Shown piece by piece: positions 49,183-61,940 of a stretch of 64,000 nt of DNA; the first letter of the stretch is position 1; each line of letters starts with the position of its first letter. Made by a program: the position numbers and the translations under genes. The notes under the pieces are model-generated. The model did not search any database, was not told the DNA's origin, and worked only from the letters and a program-made list of their open reading frames with translations. Source of the stretch: Octopus sinensis (lineage: Eukaryota); contig NC_043012.1 of the NCBI RefSeq assembly GCF_006345805.1, forward strand, positions 55,800,001 to 55,864,000. Reading direction: 5' to 3'.

Positions 49183-49438
49183 TATGTGTGTTTGCTTGCG
49201 CACGCATGTGTGGTTATATGTACATCTATTTGGTCATGCGCATGTACATATGCAAATATACATGTAAATATGTATGCATGTATATATATATATATATACA
49301 TATATACACACATATGCATTTATATATATATATATAAACACACACATGCATTATAGTCATATATATATGAGTGTATATATATATATACACAGACAGACAT
49401 TATAGTCATATATATATGAGTGTATAAATATATATATA

Positions 49439-49486
<48 letters not shown>

Positions 49487-49529
49487 ATATATACATATAT
49501 CTATATTTACATATATCAATCTATATGTA

Positions 49530-49565
<36 letters not shown>

Positions 49566-49929
49566 TATATGTTTGTAAGCATGTGTATGTAAACATGCTT
49601 ACGTACACATACGTGTGTGTGCGCGCGCGTAATTGAAAGCTAGACAAAAGTAACAAGTCCATTGTGACAATGTTTGTACACTGAGAGACCTTCTGTTTAT
49701 ACGCTTATAAGGAAAACAAGTTTGCGAGAGAAAACTTTGGACATATCTTTGTGGAGTTGAATTTTCCGGCGGAAGTAGATGTTGGCTATCTTACGCCAAA
49801 CCTACGAGGAAACGTTTTGGCCTGTTTGAAATGTTGTAACGTAAATAGTTTATTATTGTAGTCATATCCAGTTGGAAACGGAATATTTAGTTCCAGGAAA
49901 AAAATATTTTTAGCCAGAGGATGAATTCC

Positions 49930-50070
49930 TCTCGTTTTTTTCTTAGTTTCAGTGATTTGACCGCGGCCATGTTGGAGCACCGCCTTAAAGAGTTTTTTTA
50001 ATTGAATGATTCGACCTTAGTACTTATTCTCTTTTTCTAAGCTTAGTGCTTATCCTATCGGTCACCACCC
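49930..50070 (-). mobile_element. SINE family B, 3' fragment
   Basis: gtttcagtgatttgaccgcggccatgttggagcaccgcc. Confidence 0.7.
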
Positions 50071-50096
50071 ACACACACACACCCACACATCCACAC

Positions 50097-50135
<39 letters not shown>

Positions 50136-50172
50136 TAAATGCATTCGTGCACATGTGTGTAAGTTTCATATG

Positions 50173-50217
<45 letters not shown>

Positions 50218-50231
50218 ATAATAATAATATT

Positions 50232-50362
50232 AGGGAAAATTCATCATCATCATCATCATCATCATCATCGTTAACGTCCGTTCTCCATGCTAGCATGGGT
50301 TGGACGCTTCGACCGGGGATCTGGGAAGCCAGAAGGCTGCACCAGGCTCCAGTCTTATCTGG
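50232..50362 (-). mobile_element. Retroposon 3' end with (GAT)n tail (RTE-style)
   Basis: Minus strand ...gcgtccaacccatgctagcatggagaacggacgttaac(gat)n. Confidence 0.6.
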
Positions 50363-50658
50363 AAAAATTAGGGAAAAATTCAATTTAATATTAAATCAAA
50401 TTTCACAATATAAAATATATAATATATATAAATTAGAGAAAAACCACTATTATGTAATGTTGTCTTTTTACTTATTATATACTGTTTATTTATTATTATG
50501 TACTTTTTGTGATCTGGATAAACGTTTTATTATATATTTGATTTTTTCTATATGGTATGTTTTATGTCTATCATTGTGTGAATTACATAATAGTGGTTTT
50601 TCTCTAATTTATATATATATTATATATCTATATATACAAATACACATACATACATACA

Positions 50659-50718
<60 letters not shown>

Positions 50719-50861
50719 TACGTATATATATATATATATATAATATATATACGTATATATATATACATATATACATATACATACATATATATATATATAC
50801 ATATATAAAGACGTATATGCATGCATAATAAATACATATATACACGCATATATATGTATAT

Positions 50862-50907
<46 letters not shown>

Positions 50908-50939
50908 TATACATACATATATAAATATACATACATACA

Positions 50940-50995
<56 letters not shown>

Positions 50996-51003
50996 ATAAA
51001 TGA

Positions 51004-51106
51004 TAGTCTCCGTCAACCAAATTTACTCTGAAGGTAAGACACGCCCAAGGTTTTGTACAGTGGAACTGAGCCTGAAGCACCGTGGTGGCAAAACGTGTTC
51101 CTTACC
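51004..51106 (-). mobile_element. SINE family B 5' fragment, degenerate
   Basis: tctccgtcaaccaaatttactc...gacacgcccaagg...cagtggaactgagcc. Confidence 0.55.
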
Positions 51107-51476
51107 CTGCGTATATATCGTTCTGTAGATTAGTACACATTTCTATAAGGATTCCTCGTACAACTCAAAAGGCTTCGAGTGAAAGACTGCAATCACGTAT
51201 TGACAGGATACTGGAATGTGGTAAAGACAAAATCTTAGCGGTATTTAGTCATGGCTCTTTACGTTCTGAGTTCAAATCACATCGAGTTCAGTTTGTTTTT
51301 TAATCATTTCGGGATGGATAAAATAAAGCGCAATCAAGTACAAGAGTTTGTTTAATATTCAAATAAAGCTTCGAAGATGTGAATTGTATTATAACAGAAG
51401 AAAAAAGCTAGTTTAAATGTCTGTCTGGTACTTCGTTGATCGACTTTTGAAAGGTGATGAAGAACAAAGTCAATTC

Positions 51477-51631
51477 TACATTATTTACATTATCTACATT
51501 CGACGGATATTTGTCTTTGTCCTCATCTTGTTTGTTGTTAACACAAAGTTTCGGCTGATATACCCTCCAGCCTTCTTCAGGGTCTTGGGGAAATTTTGAA
51601 CCTGGATTCCCATTCCTAAGGTATTTTTCGA

Positions 51632-51689
<58 letters not shown>

Positions 51690-51767
51690 GTTCAGGTCAC
51701 TGCTTGGAATCGAACTCAGAATCTTGGGGTTAATAGCCCGCGCTCTTAACCACTACGCCATGTGCCC
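51477..51767 (-). mobile_element. SINE-like family E, complete head
   Basis: Minus strand gggcacatggcgtagtggttaagagcgcggg...gagttcgattcc...(aat)n...cctgaagaaggctggagggtatatcagccgaaactttgtg. Confidence 0.9.
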
Positions 51768-51772
51768 GTGTA

Positions 51773-51808
51773 CATATGGCGTAGTGGTTAAGAGCGCAGG
51801 CTACTAAA

Positions 51809-51868
<60 letters not shown>

Positions 51869-52107
51869 TGATGATGATGATGATGATGAGGAGGAGGAGG
51901 AGGAGGATGATAACATCGAAAAATACCTTAGGAATGAGAACCCAGGTTCAAAATTTCCCCAAGACACCTGAAGAAGACTTGGAGGGTATATCAACCGAAA
52001 CGTTGTGTTAACAACAAACAAGATGAGGACAAATATCCGTCGAATGTAAATAATGTAAATAATGTAAATAATGTACATAATTCCTTATCTCTTAAATATA
52101 GAACTGT
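51773..52107 (+). mobile_element. SINE-like family E, B-box deleted, complete 3' end
   Basis: catatggcgtagtggttaagagcgc...gacacctgaagaagacttggagggtatatcaaccgaaacgttgtgtt...(tgtaaataa)3...tatagaactgt. Confidence 0.9.
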
Positions 52108-52705
52108 AAATTCAATTCTGGCTGTATTTCAAATCAAGGCAGAGAGATACATAATTAAACACTCTAATTTCGCCATCCGATTAAGCAGATTTGTGTAATC
52201 TATATACAGCCGATGACGTCTAACAGACTGGAGCATGTTCGCAGTTGTTCCCCTTATTAACAAATAAAGATCATGCTTTCTTTCCTCTAACCATGAAAAT
52301 CAACAATGTGAAGCTAATTATTTTTGCCGAAATTATCTCCCCTTTTCTTTCCGAGTTCTTGAAAATTGACCTGGGCTTTTGTCTCATTTTAATTAAGAAT
52401 TACTTTGCAAATGACATTCTGTATATCAAGCCTTCACTTATTTAACCGCTGGCTGAGAAACCTCTACTGCTGTAAACAGCAGTAGTAGAATACAGTAGTA
52501 TAATGAAATGGTCGTGGATAGAACTTCGACCAATCTATATATGAGCACAGTCATGATCATAAGGCTAAAAAGTTTGTTTCGCAATCACGTGGTTCTGGGT
52601 TCGATCCCGCTGCGAGGTCCTACTACGAGCTTGCGTCCCGCTGGCATAGCTCTCAAAATCATTGAATTCGTCAACTTTGATTAACCTATAAGATTGATTG
52701 GTAAG

Positions 52706-52900
52706 GGCAGCGAGCTGGCAGAATCGTCTGCCGTTACGTTCTGAGTTCAAATTCCGCCGAGGTCGACTTTACCTTTCATCCTTTCGGGGTCAATTAAATA
52801 AGTACTAGTTACGCACTGGAGTCGATGTAATCCACTTAATCCATTTGTCTGTTCTTGTTTGTCTCCTCTATATTTAGCCCCCTGTGGGCAATAAAGAAAT
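52706..52900 (+). mobile_element. SINE family A (A1 tail), deletion between tcgt microhomologies
   Basis: ggcagaatcgt joined directly to ctgccgttacgttctgag. Confidence 0.9.
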
Positions 52901-53949
52901 ATATAACACATGAATGAATGAATGAATGAGTGAGTGAGTAAGTGAGTGAGCGGATGAGTGAGTGACCGAACAATTAATCAAACAATAGATTAGTTAACTG
53001 GTTAAACGTGAACAAATTGGTTGATAATGTTTATTATTGGCATAATGACTCTTCCAAGATGCAACAAAGTATGTTTCAACACACAAGTTCACATCAAGAA
53101 TCTTGCAAATCAAATACAAAGGCGAACTATGCGATTTATTTATTTGAAAACACTGTAATTTCAGATGTTCTTTGCGGTTTATACACATTAAATTATGAGA
53201 ATCCGTTATATGATAAATATTGCTTTAGGCATCTATAAAACGATACTCCCTGTGTTTCGTTTCTACTGCTTCAGTTTCATGATATATGTGGACAGTATCT
53301 GGTATCAGAGCGACGTCAAGAACATCAGCTAAAACATTGATCTCAGTTAAACATTAAATAAAGAAATAAAAGCTTGAACACCATTAATTTCTAGTCGACG
53401 CATTGTCAAGAAAGAGAGACGGAGAGAGAGAGATATGACAAGAGAGAGAAGGAGAAAGAGAGAGGAGAAGAGAGAGAGAGGGGGGAGACGGAGAGGAACT
53501 GTGTTCGCGCGCGCATGCGTGGGAAGGTTGATTCATTGTGTATAAATCACAATCTCAATCACTCTCGGCAAACAGAACATTATCAATAGATTCGCTTTCA
53601 TTATATATCTATTTATATGTATATGTGTATATGTACATATACTTGTGTGTGTGTGGGGGGGGGGGGTGAATTCATGCTGCATCCAGACACAAACACCGTT
53701 AATTTTTAATCTCATTTAGAATATTACATTCTTTGTAATTCTGGTTTGGGGATAAATATTAAGCGATGTAGTGAGCCAAAGCTATCGTTTGGCTATTGTT
53801 TCTGTATTTGGTGTTTGATATACAGAAATGAAGGATGGTTTATTGAGTAAATAAGCTTATTTTTGCTACAAAGTGGTTAAATAGCAAAGTGCTATAATAA
53901 CATTAAAATAGTGGGAAAGAATAGGCTATATCAATACCGATCACCAGAA

Positions 53950-54230
53950 TGTCCAGTCCTTGCTGCGGTGTGAAGGCTCGTATGTCTCGATGACTCTGAG
54001 AGCTACACCGGTGTAGGGCTTCGTATGGTGGATAGGTCAAAGGATAGGGGCCAGACTAATATGGATCACCTCTTCCTATAGGTAAAAATAGGTTTGCATA
54101 GGGCCAATACCCCTACCTAGAAGAAACAAATGGGCCAAGTTACAGAAGCATCAGCAAGAATTCAAAACCAGCAAAACATTAGAGAGGAAGGCCTTCTCTC
54201 AGGGAAAGCCGGAATGCTAAGGCAGAGCTG
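53950..54230 (+). mobile_element. RTE-type LINE 5' UTR-like fragment
   Basis: cttgctgcggtgtgaaggctcgtatgtctcgatgactctgagagcta...ggtggataggtcaaagg...gccaataccc resembles RTE 5' UTRs as I recall them; no ORF. Confidence 0.5.
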
Positions 54231-54253
54231 AAAAAGTAGAGATCTAATTAGAA

Positions 54254-54417
54254 CAGTGGTGCTCAATCGGGGGTCATATGACCCTTGGGGGTCAATACAG
54301 ATTTTTTTTTGTTAAAATGTATGTGCAATAAATTGGCTCTGCTTCTACAATTCACAAATCATTTTAACAATTTTTTAAAATACAATTCCTTATAATATTT
54401 AATTACAAAAATATAGT
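54254..54417. mobile_element. hAT-type MITE end fragment
   Basis: Begins cagtggtgctcaatcggggg, similar to the CAGTGGTTCTCAAC hAT TIR. Confidence 0.5.
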
Positions 54418-54802
54418 TGTTGGCATCCTTTTTGTCTCGGGAGACAATGGAGTTGCGCATAAAATAATTCAGTCCGGCTTTTACATGCCATGTCCTAATA
54501 CATCTCCTGCTGTGGCTGTGTAATCCTATCCTGGACAAACACTCCCTCTAGCAGGTACTGCAAATGTAGCGAAGACTTTGCCTGGCTGGTTGTAATGTCA
54601 TAGTTTCTTGTTGACGTCTTTTCTTGTCTTTCCATTTCTCCTCTCTCCCTCCGTCACTCCTTTGTGTTCCCTCTTTTACGGTACGTCGCCAATCTCCACG
54701 GTTGCTGGCAACTGCTTCCCAGTTGTTAATATTGATGTTGCAGGCATTCATGTCCCTTTTGCAAACATCCTTGTATCGTAAGAACGGTCTTCCCACAGAC
54801 CT
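54418..54802 (-). pseudogene. RTE (BovB-like) LINE 3' end
   Basis: GRPFLRYKDVCKRDM...NWEAVASNRGDWR...YICSTC*RECLSRIGLHSHSRRC, then UTR ...ccattgtctcccgagacaaaaggatgcc(aac). Confidence 0.85.
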
Positions 54803-55226
54803 ACAAAAAATATAGTAGGATTTTTTGAAACATGGAATGGCTATGAGGGTTCACTTGAGCAAAATAAGAATCAAAGGGATTCATGGGTAAAAACTGATTG
54901 AAAACCCACTGAACTAGAGAGTGGAGTGGAGTGCAGTGGAGAAAAGTTGTCAATGGTTCCGTAGGGAGCGAAGGGTTTAAACGAAATGAATGATCACTAT
55001 TGAGATGAGGTAAGCGTTGCTGGACAATGGATAACTCATCCAAATAAAGCAAAGACAACAATTCAGAATCAATAAGAAATATTACTTTAAATAGGCTGAC
55101 GCAGCGGAAATCCTATAAATGTTCTTTCTCTTTTATTGTTGTCTTTAACAAGATGCCAAGCAACAAGCAATTAACCAGACCATGTTGTGAGCTTACAAAA
55201 GGAAAAGACAAATATATAATCTAAAG

Positions 55227-55526
55227 CAGCTGTTCTCAACCAGGATTTTTGTGATCCCTGGTGGTCCATCTAAGATATTTTGGGGTCCAAACAGGCAAAA
55301 TAGTAAACTGGAAATCCACAGTAGTATTTTCAGGCTTCATGAAAACAATTTTGCCTTTGATGCAATTTTTGCAAGAAACAGCTAACTTTCTTTTTCTAAC
55401 GCTTAACATAGGTCAACATGTAGCGTGGCACCTTGGGCAAGTGTCTTCTACTATAGCCTCGGGCCGACCAAATCCTTGTGAGTGGATTTGATTGACGGAA
55501 ACTGAAAGAAGTCCATCGTATATATG

Positions 55527-55606
<80 letters not shown>

Positions 55607-55643
55607 ATGTATGTATATGTGTGTATATATATATGTATGTATG

Positions 55644-55725
<82 letters not shown>

Positions 55726-55755
55726 TGTATGTATGTATGTATGTATGTATGTATG

Positions 55756-55786
<31 letters not shown>

Positions 55787-56205
55787 GTATATATATGTAT
55801 GTATGTGTATATGTTTGTGTGTCTGTGTTTGTCCACCCCAACATCGCTTGACAACCGATGCTGGTGTGTTTACGTCCCCGTAACATAGCGGTTCGGCAAA
55901 AGAGACCGATAGAATAAGTACTAGGCTTACAAAGAATAAGTCCTGGGGTCGATTTGCTCGACTAAAGGCGGTGCTCCAGCATGGCCACAGTCAAAGAGTA
56001 AAAGAGTATGTATCCAGCCACTGAAACGTGTTCTCTCAGTAAGTGCTTTGGCAAACCTACGCAAGTGAACGTATGAAAAACAAAATATGAATTTTGAAAG
56101 TATTCTCTATAAAACTAGATTTTAAACATTGAATGGATGGGGGTGGGCATCAGGATAAAACAGTAACCAAAGGGATCTATAGAAAAAAATGGTTGAGAAC
56201 CACCG
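55227..56205. mobile_element. hAT (Charlie-like) MITE with nested family B SINE
   Basis: TIR cagctgttctcaacca / tggttgagaaccaccg; 8-bp TSD atctaaag / gtctaaag. Confidence 0.8.
55423..56008 (+). mobile_element. SINE family B, 5'-truncated, about 300-bp internal microsatellite
   Basis: Starts gcgtggcaccttgggcaag; ends gagtaaaagagt. Confidence 0.9.
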
Positions 56206-56749
56206 GTCTAAAGAGAAGTAGTTCTAAGAATAATAATTCGCAAGGTTTTAAAGAATCAAGATCATATTAATCTAGGAAGCCAGAAAAAGAATAGCGACAA
56301 ATGCTCGAGGAAAGAAGCCATTGGAGTTGAAGTACTTCTTACAGTGCGGGGGCGCGGACAGCAACGGTCAAAAGACGTGTCACTCGATTACTGACTTTAA
56401 AAGGATATACAAAAGTTGTTGTTTCGATAGAACAATGACCGTAGAAATATTTATAGAGTAAAGATGAAGAGGCAATGTCCTATAATATTTCCTATTATGT
56501 AGATGTTAGATAACTTCTTTCGATGTAATGTTTATTTTACATTTTGTTATCTGGTGAATAACTTAATCCATTGTATCCGGCGGATAGTCTTTTGCGTTGG
56601 TATCTGGCGGATAGCATACACTTTGGCATTCAGTGGATAGCTTACTCCTTACCCAGTGGATAGTTTATGCTTTGTTACTCGGTGGACGGCTTACATCTTG
56701 ATACCCAGTACATTTCACTGTATTTATATGAAGGCAATAATAAATGCTA

Positions 56750-56900
56750 AGGTAACGAATTGGCAGAATCGTTTGATAGACTGTCTTGATTTTATACCTT
56801 CGGGCTCTGTATTTTTTTAGTTCAAATCACGGCGAGGTCAACTTTTTTTTTCGTAATTTCGAGATCGATAAATAATCTATGAATCCTGCCCTGGGGTCAA
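56750..56900 (+). mobile_element. SINE family A, degenerate
   Basis: ggcagaatcgtt...agttcaaatcacggcgaggtcaacttt. Confidence 0.55.
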
Positions 56901-57255
56901 TTTTTTTTCTGTCTCGGAGAAATTGTTTGTAGGTAGATACTGAGAGGAAGAGTCTCTATCAGGTTTTGGTATCCAAGACACTGTATATCAACGATGATAT
57001 TCTTACGATTCGGCCAGGAGTTGAGGGCTCAAAGAAAAGCAATAATAAAGCAAAGCAATAAGAAACGGCAGACTGCAAGCAAAATGTGTTGCTGTATTTC
57101 GCCCCAGGCCAAATTTACTTTTTATTCCTCCAGCGCCAAGAATGATGTCGACTTAATCGAATATAGCTCTTCTGCAAAACTTGTGATATTGTACCAAAGC
57201 ATTGTCCAGATATTATATTTCTCTTCTCCCTTCCGTATTCTCTCTCAATCTCCTT

Positions 57256-57448
57256 GAAGAAGAAGAAGAAGAAGAAGAAGAAGAAGAAGAAGAAGAAGAA
57301 GAAGAAGAAGAAGAGAAGAAGAGAAGAGAAGAAGAAGAAGAAGAAGAAGAAGAAGAAGAGAAGAGAAGAAGAAGAGAAGAAGAAGAAGAGAAGAAGAAGA
57401 AGAAGAAGAAGAAGAAGAAGAAGAAGAAGAAGAAGAAGAAGAAGAAGA
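57256..57448. repeat. (GAA)n microsatellite
   Basis: Direct inspection. Confidence 0.97.
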
Positions 57449-57602
57449 ATTTGAAACGTTAAATGTTTTCATTCTTTGCAGCAAACTAAACATTATGCTT
57501 TTATGGATTAACTTTTGCCGACGTAGTTGACCACCAATGATCTTAGAACCAAGATCTTCAACCTATATAAGCTAAAAAAATAGTGGATAAGCATAATTAG
57601 AA

Positions 57603-58018
57603 GGCGGCGAGCTGGCAGAATCGTTAGCACGCCGGGCGAAATGCGCAGCCGTATTTCGTCTGCCGCTACGTTCCGAGTTCAAATTCAGCCGAGGTCGACT
57701 TTGCCTTTCATCCTTTCGGGGTCGATAAATTAAGTACCAGTTACGCACTGGGGTCTATATAATTGACTTAATCCGTTTGTCTGTCCTTGTTTGTCCCTTC
57801 TGTGTTTAGCCCCTTGTGGGTAGTAAAGAAATAGGTATTTCGTGTGCCGCTACGTTCTGAGTGCAAATTCCGCCGAGGTCGACTTTGCCTTTCATCCTTT
57901 CGGGGTCGATTAAATAAGTACCAGTTACGCACTGGGGTCGATATAATCGAGTTAATCCGTTTGTCTGTCCTTGTTTGTCCCCTCTATGTTTAACCCCTTG
58001 TGGGCAATAAAAAAAATA
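57603..58018 (+). mobile_element. SINE family A dimer with 9-bp TSD
   Basis: Two cores; TSD ataattaga at 57593-57601 and 58019-58027. Confidence 0.9.
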
Positions 58019-58649
58019 ATAATTAGATGAGTGCTAGACAAAATGGTGGGTGAACTGGTAGAAGCGTGAGAGTAAAAGAAAATGTACCTGGCTTATATTT
58101 TTACATCTCTTTACATTCTTATTTCGAATCTTGCCAACATCAACTTTACTTATCACCCGTCCTGAGCCAATAATAAAAGTACCGTTGAAGTACTAGAGAC
58201 AATATAATTGACTCGACCCGTTTCCCTTGAATAGGAGGCTTTGCGATTATTTTCCATTTCATTTCTGTTTAGCCGTTGTCGATTTACTGCTGGATGAAGA
58301 TTCGACATCGTAATTTCTGGTTTGTCTATGTTATATGTGGGCCATGTTGTGTACAGTGGACAATTGTAACTTGAGCACCTGCTCCTGTAATAATATCTGG
58401 CAATCAGCAACAGACTGTGCTCTTCATGCGTGATTTTGCGAGCGAATTAATCGTCTGTGTGAGCCTGAGTATGTGTTAGTCTAGCTATGTGTGTTTCAGT
58501 TAATGGTTATGTGTTTGTGTATATATTTTGTGTGTGTGAGTGTGTGTATGCATCTCTTCGTGTACATATGTTTATACGTGCGTGCTTCTGTGTATCACTA
58601 TGTATGTGGTAGAGTGCATTCGCATTTGGCCTAGTTATATTTGTTTGTA

Positions 58650-59465
58650 CTGACAGGTAAAATGGCACAGGTAAAAATGATACAGGTAAAGATGACACTG
58701 GTAATAATGGCATAGGTGAAAATTACACTGGTAAGAGTGACACAGGTAAAACGCAAAGGTAAGAACGATACAGGTCATACCGGAACAGGTGAAATTGGGG
58801 GCAAAATGGTGCAAATAAAATTGCACAGGTAAAAATGTCATTTTTACCTGTGCATTTTTTATCTGTGCCATTTTTATGTCATTTTTATCGGTGCTATTTT
58901 TCATCTATGCCATTATTTCCTGGCTCTTTTTCACCAGTGTCATTTTCATTTGGGTTCATTTTAACTCATTTTTTAATGTGCTGTTTTTACTTGAGCCATT
59001 TTTCACTTATGGCATCATTACCTGTGCCATTTTTCACTTTTGGCATTATCACCTGTGCCATTTTTCACTTATAACATTATTAATTTTGCCATTTTTCATT
59101 TATAGCATCTTACCTGTGCCATTTTTCACTTATGGCATTATCACCTGTGCCATTTTTTACCTATGGCATCATTACCTGTGCCATTTTTCATTTATGGCAT
59201 TATCACCTGTGCAATTTTTTACTTATAACATTATTACCTGTGCCATTTTTCACCTATGGCATTATTACTTTTGCTATTTTTCACTTATGACATTATCACC
59301 TGTGCCATTTTTCACTTATGGCATCATGACCTTTGCCATTTTTCATTTATGGCATTTTTACCTGTGACATTTTTCACATATGACACTATAACTTGTGCCC
59401 TTTTTAACTGAGCGTTTTTATCTGTTATTTTTACATGTGCTGCTTTTACCTGGGCCATTTTTACC
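58650..59465. repeat. Fold-back array of about 15-bp subrepeats (GGCACAGGTAAAAAT and reverse complement)
   Basis: Orientation flips at the perfect palindrome tgcacaggtaaaaatg-t-catttttacctgtgca (58822-58854); right arm has 30-bp periodicity. Confidence 0.85.
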
Positions 59466-59521
59466 CGTACGATTTTTCACCAGTGTCATTATTTCCGTTG
59501 CTATTTTTGCCTCTGTCGAAA

Positions 59522-59735
59522 GGCAGTGAGCGGGCAAAATCGTTCGTACACGAAACAAAATGCTTGCTTAACAGCATTTCATTCGGTTTTACGTCCTGAA
59601 TCAAAATTCTGCCGAAGTCGACTGTGTCTTTCATTTTTTCGGGGGTCGTTAAAATAAATACTACTGGAGCACTGGAGTCGATACAACTGACGAGGCCCTT
59701 CCAACACATTTATGGTCTTGGACTAATAATAGAAA
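59522..59735 (+). mobile_element. SINE family A, diverged
   Basis: ggcagtgagcgggcaaaatcgtt...gccgaagtcgactgtgtctttcatt...ggggtcg. Confidence 0.75.
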
Positions 59736-59994
59736 CAATTATTACCTGTGATTATCACTGTGCACTGTTTGCACCTTTCTCTATATATTGTGGTGGTGGT
59801 TGTCGTCGCTGTTGTTGTTGTCTTCTCCTTCTTCTTCCAATCAGGACTCACGCCATTAGCCACAAAGAATAATCTCTAATTCGAGCCTACTCAAAGCAAC
59901 GAAGAATGCGTGTGGCAACTTGAAGATCCACCCACCACTCGCGATAGACTGGCGGTTGCACGGGCGCGAAAGCTACGTTGTTATCCTCATTCCG

Positions 59995-60328
59995 TAATCG
60001 GTGGCTTTTAATGGGTGGAGAGCTGAACCATCCTGGGGTACAGAGGATTCGCAATCTAGACTAGGGTCTGAAAGTTTACCACACCATAGTGGGTTACACC
60101 ATGGATCCTCTGCTTTGTGACAGAAGTAGGAAGAAAGAGTGAGAGAAAGTTGTGGTGAAAAAGTACAGTGGAGTTCCCCATTGCCCCCACCCCACCCCCA
60201 CCGGAGCCTCGTGGTGTTAGGGTTAGGGTTTTTGCTCAATAAACACTCATAATGCCCGGTCTGGGAATCGTAACCGCGTTCTTACGACCGCGGGTCCGGT
60301 GGCCTATACACTGGGCCATTGCGCTTCC
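59995..60328 (-). mobile_element. SINE family C, tail type zeta
   Basis: Family C head and body, tail ggatccatggtgtaacccactatggtgtggtaaac... not seen elsewhere in the window. Confidence 0.8.
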
Positions 60329-60697
60329 ACCTCACTGTTGTTGTTGAACTCCTGGCCAAGCCAGGGCGAAGAGGCTTATCTTCAGAAGCTTTCCAATTCT
60401 GACCAACCCATCACGTTTCTATGTGCAATGAACCTTGGATACCATTATCCGTACGTCGTTATTTAAAACGATAGATCGTAATCCGAAGGGCATTTGACTG
60501 TTATTTCAAGTAACCAGGTAGTATCTTCCCCATTGGCTCACGTCTCTATGCATTTGTTTATGTGGGTGGATCTCTACGTATATGCCTGTCTGTTCACGAG
60601 CGTGCTTATATGTAGCATACATTAGACAAACAGTATGACAAAGAGAAACGAGATTAATATAGCTTGTCAATATGTATGCGTCTGTATGAATAAGCAC

Positions 60698-60750
<53 letters not shown>

Positions 60751-61142
60751 CTTCGTCTTCTTCTTCGTTGCTGTTGTCTTTCCTCGTCATATATCATATG
60801 TCAGTTTTGAGAGGTACGTAAACATGTTGGTTTTATAAAAAAACATCACCAGTTTTCCCGCCCACATCGAATCAGTTGAGAATATAAAGTGGCAGATTTA
60901 GGTTTAGGATTAGGTTCACTGGAGTCTTCAACATCTTGCTTAAATTACACACACACACACACAGGCTCGTGCGCAGAATATGTGTACCTGATATATATAC
61001 ATACATACATACGCACACATACATACGTATGTATGTATGTATGTCTACCTTACATTAGTACAAGTGTTTTAAATGCCAAGTCATTTTCTCAAAGGTGAAA
61101 GTTTATACATTACATACATACATGCATATATATACATATATA

Positions 61143-61190
<48 letters not shown>

Positions 61191-61395
61191 TCACATACAT
61201 ACATACACACATACATACATATATATATACATATATGTACTCACATACATACATACACACATACTTATATATACACATATATATACATACATGCATTCCA
61301 ACATATATCCATACATACATACATACATGCATGCATACATACATACATGCATACATACATACATACATATATACATACATACATACATACATACA

Positions 61396-61428
<33 letters not shown>

Positions 61429-61651
61429 GGTGATTTCTCCATCCTCACAAGTGATTGCCGTTTCCTTGTGCTTCCCCGTTGTGAATAGCATTTCTGACTT
61501 TCTGTCCATGACCTCTCAGGTGACTGCTCCGTACCGCTGACGATCTGCATGCTTTCAAGCTCACCTCATTCTAGTCGAAAGTTGAAAGTTACTGCGCGCT
61601 TCCTACTGGTTGGGTTTGCGCATTTCGCCACTCTTCCGTCCCCATAAATTC

Positions 61652-61737
<86 letters not shown>

Positions 61738-61844
61738 TCTCTCTGAATGTCCATCAGCTGCGTCAAAGCGTCCCATTCCGCTTGCAAAGAATATGCAGAA
61801 TAGTAATTGAAAATGTCTAACAGGCGACTCACAATCGCGGGGTC

Positions 61845-61940
61845 GTGACAACTTGGGCGAATGACTTCTGCTATAACAACGGGCAGACCAAAGCCTTGGG
61901 AATGAATTTGGTAGATGGAAACTGAAAAAGGCCCGTCGTA
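61845..61940 (+). mobile_element. SINE family B 5' fragment
   Basis: aacttgggcgaatgacttctgctata...tggtagatggaaactgaaaaaggcccgtcgta. Confidence 0.7.

Noticed and set aside
58876-59367. 163-aa hydrophobic repeat ORF
   Set aside because: Follows from the 15/30-bp repeat period; no non-repeat domain.
61425-61560. Possible RTE fragment (RYGAVT*EVMDRKSEMLFTT) on minus strand
   Set aside because: Too short and diverged to call without a search.
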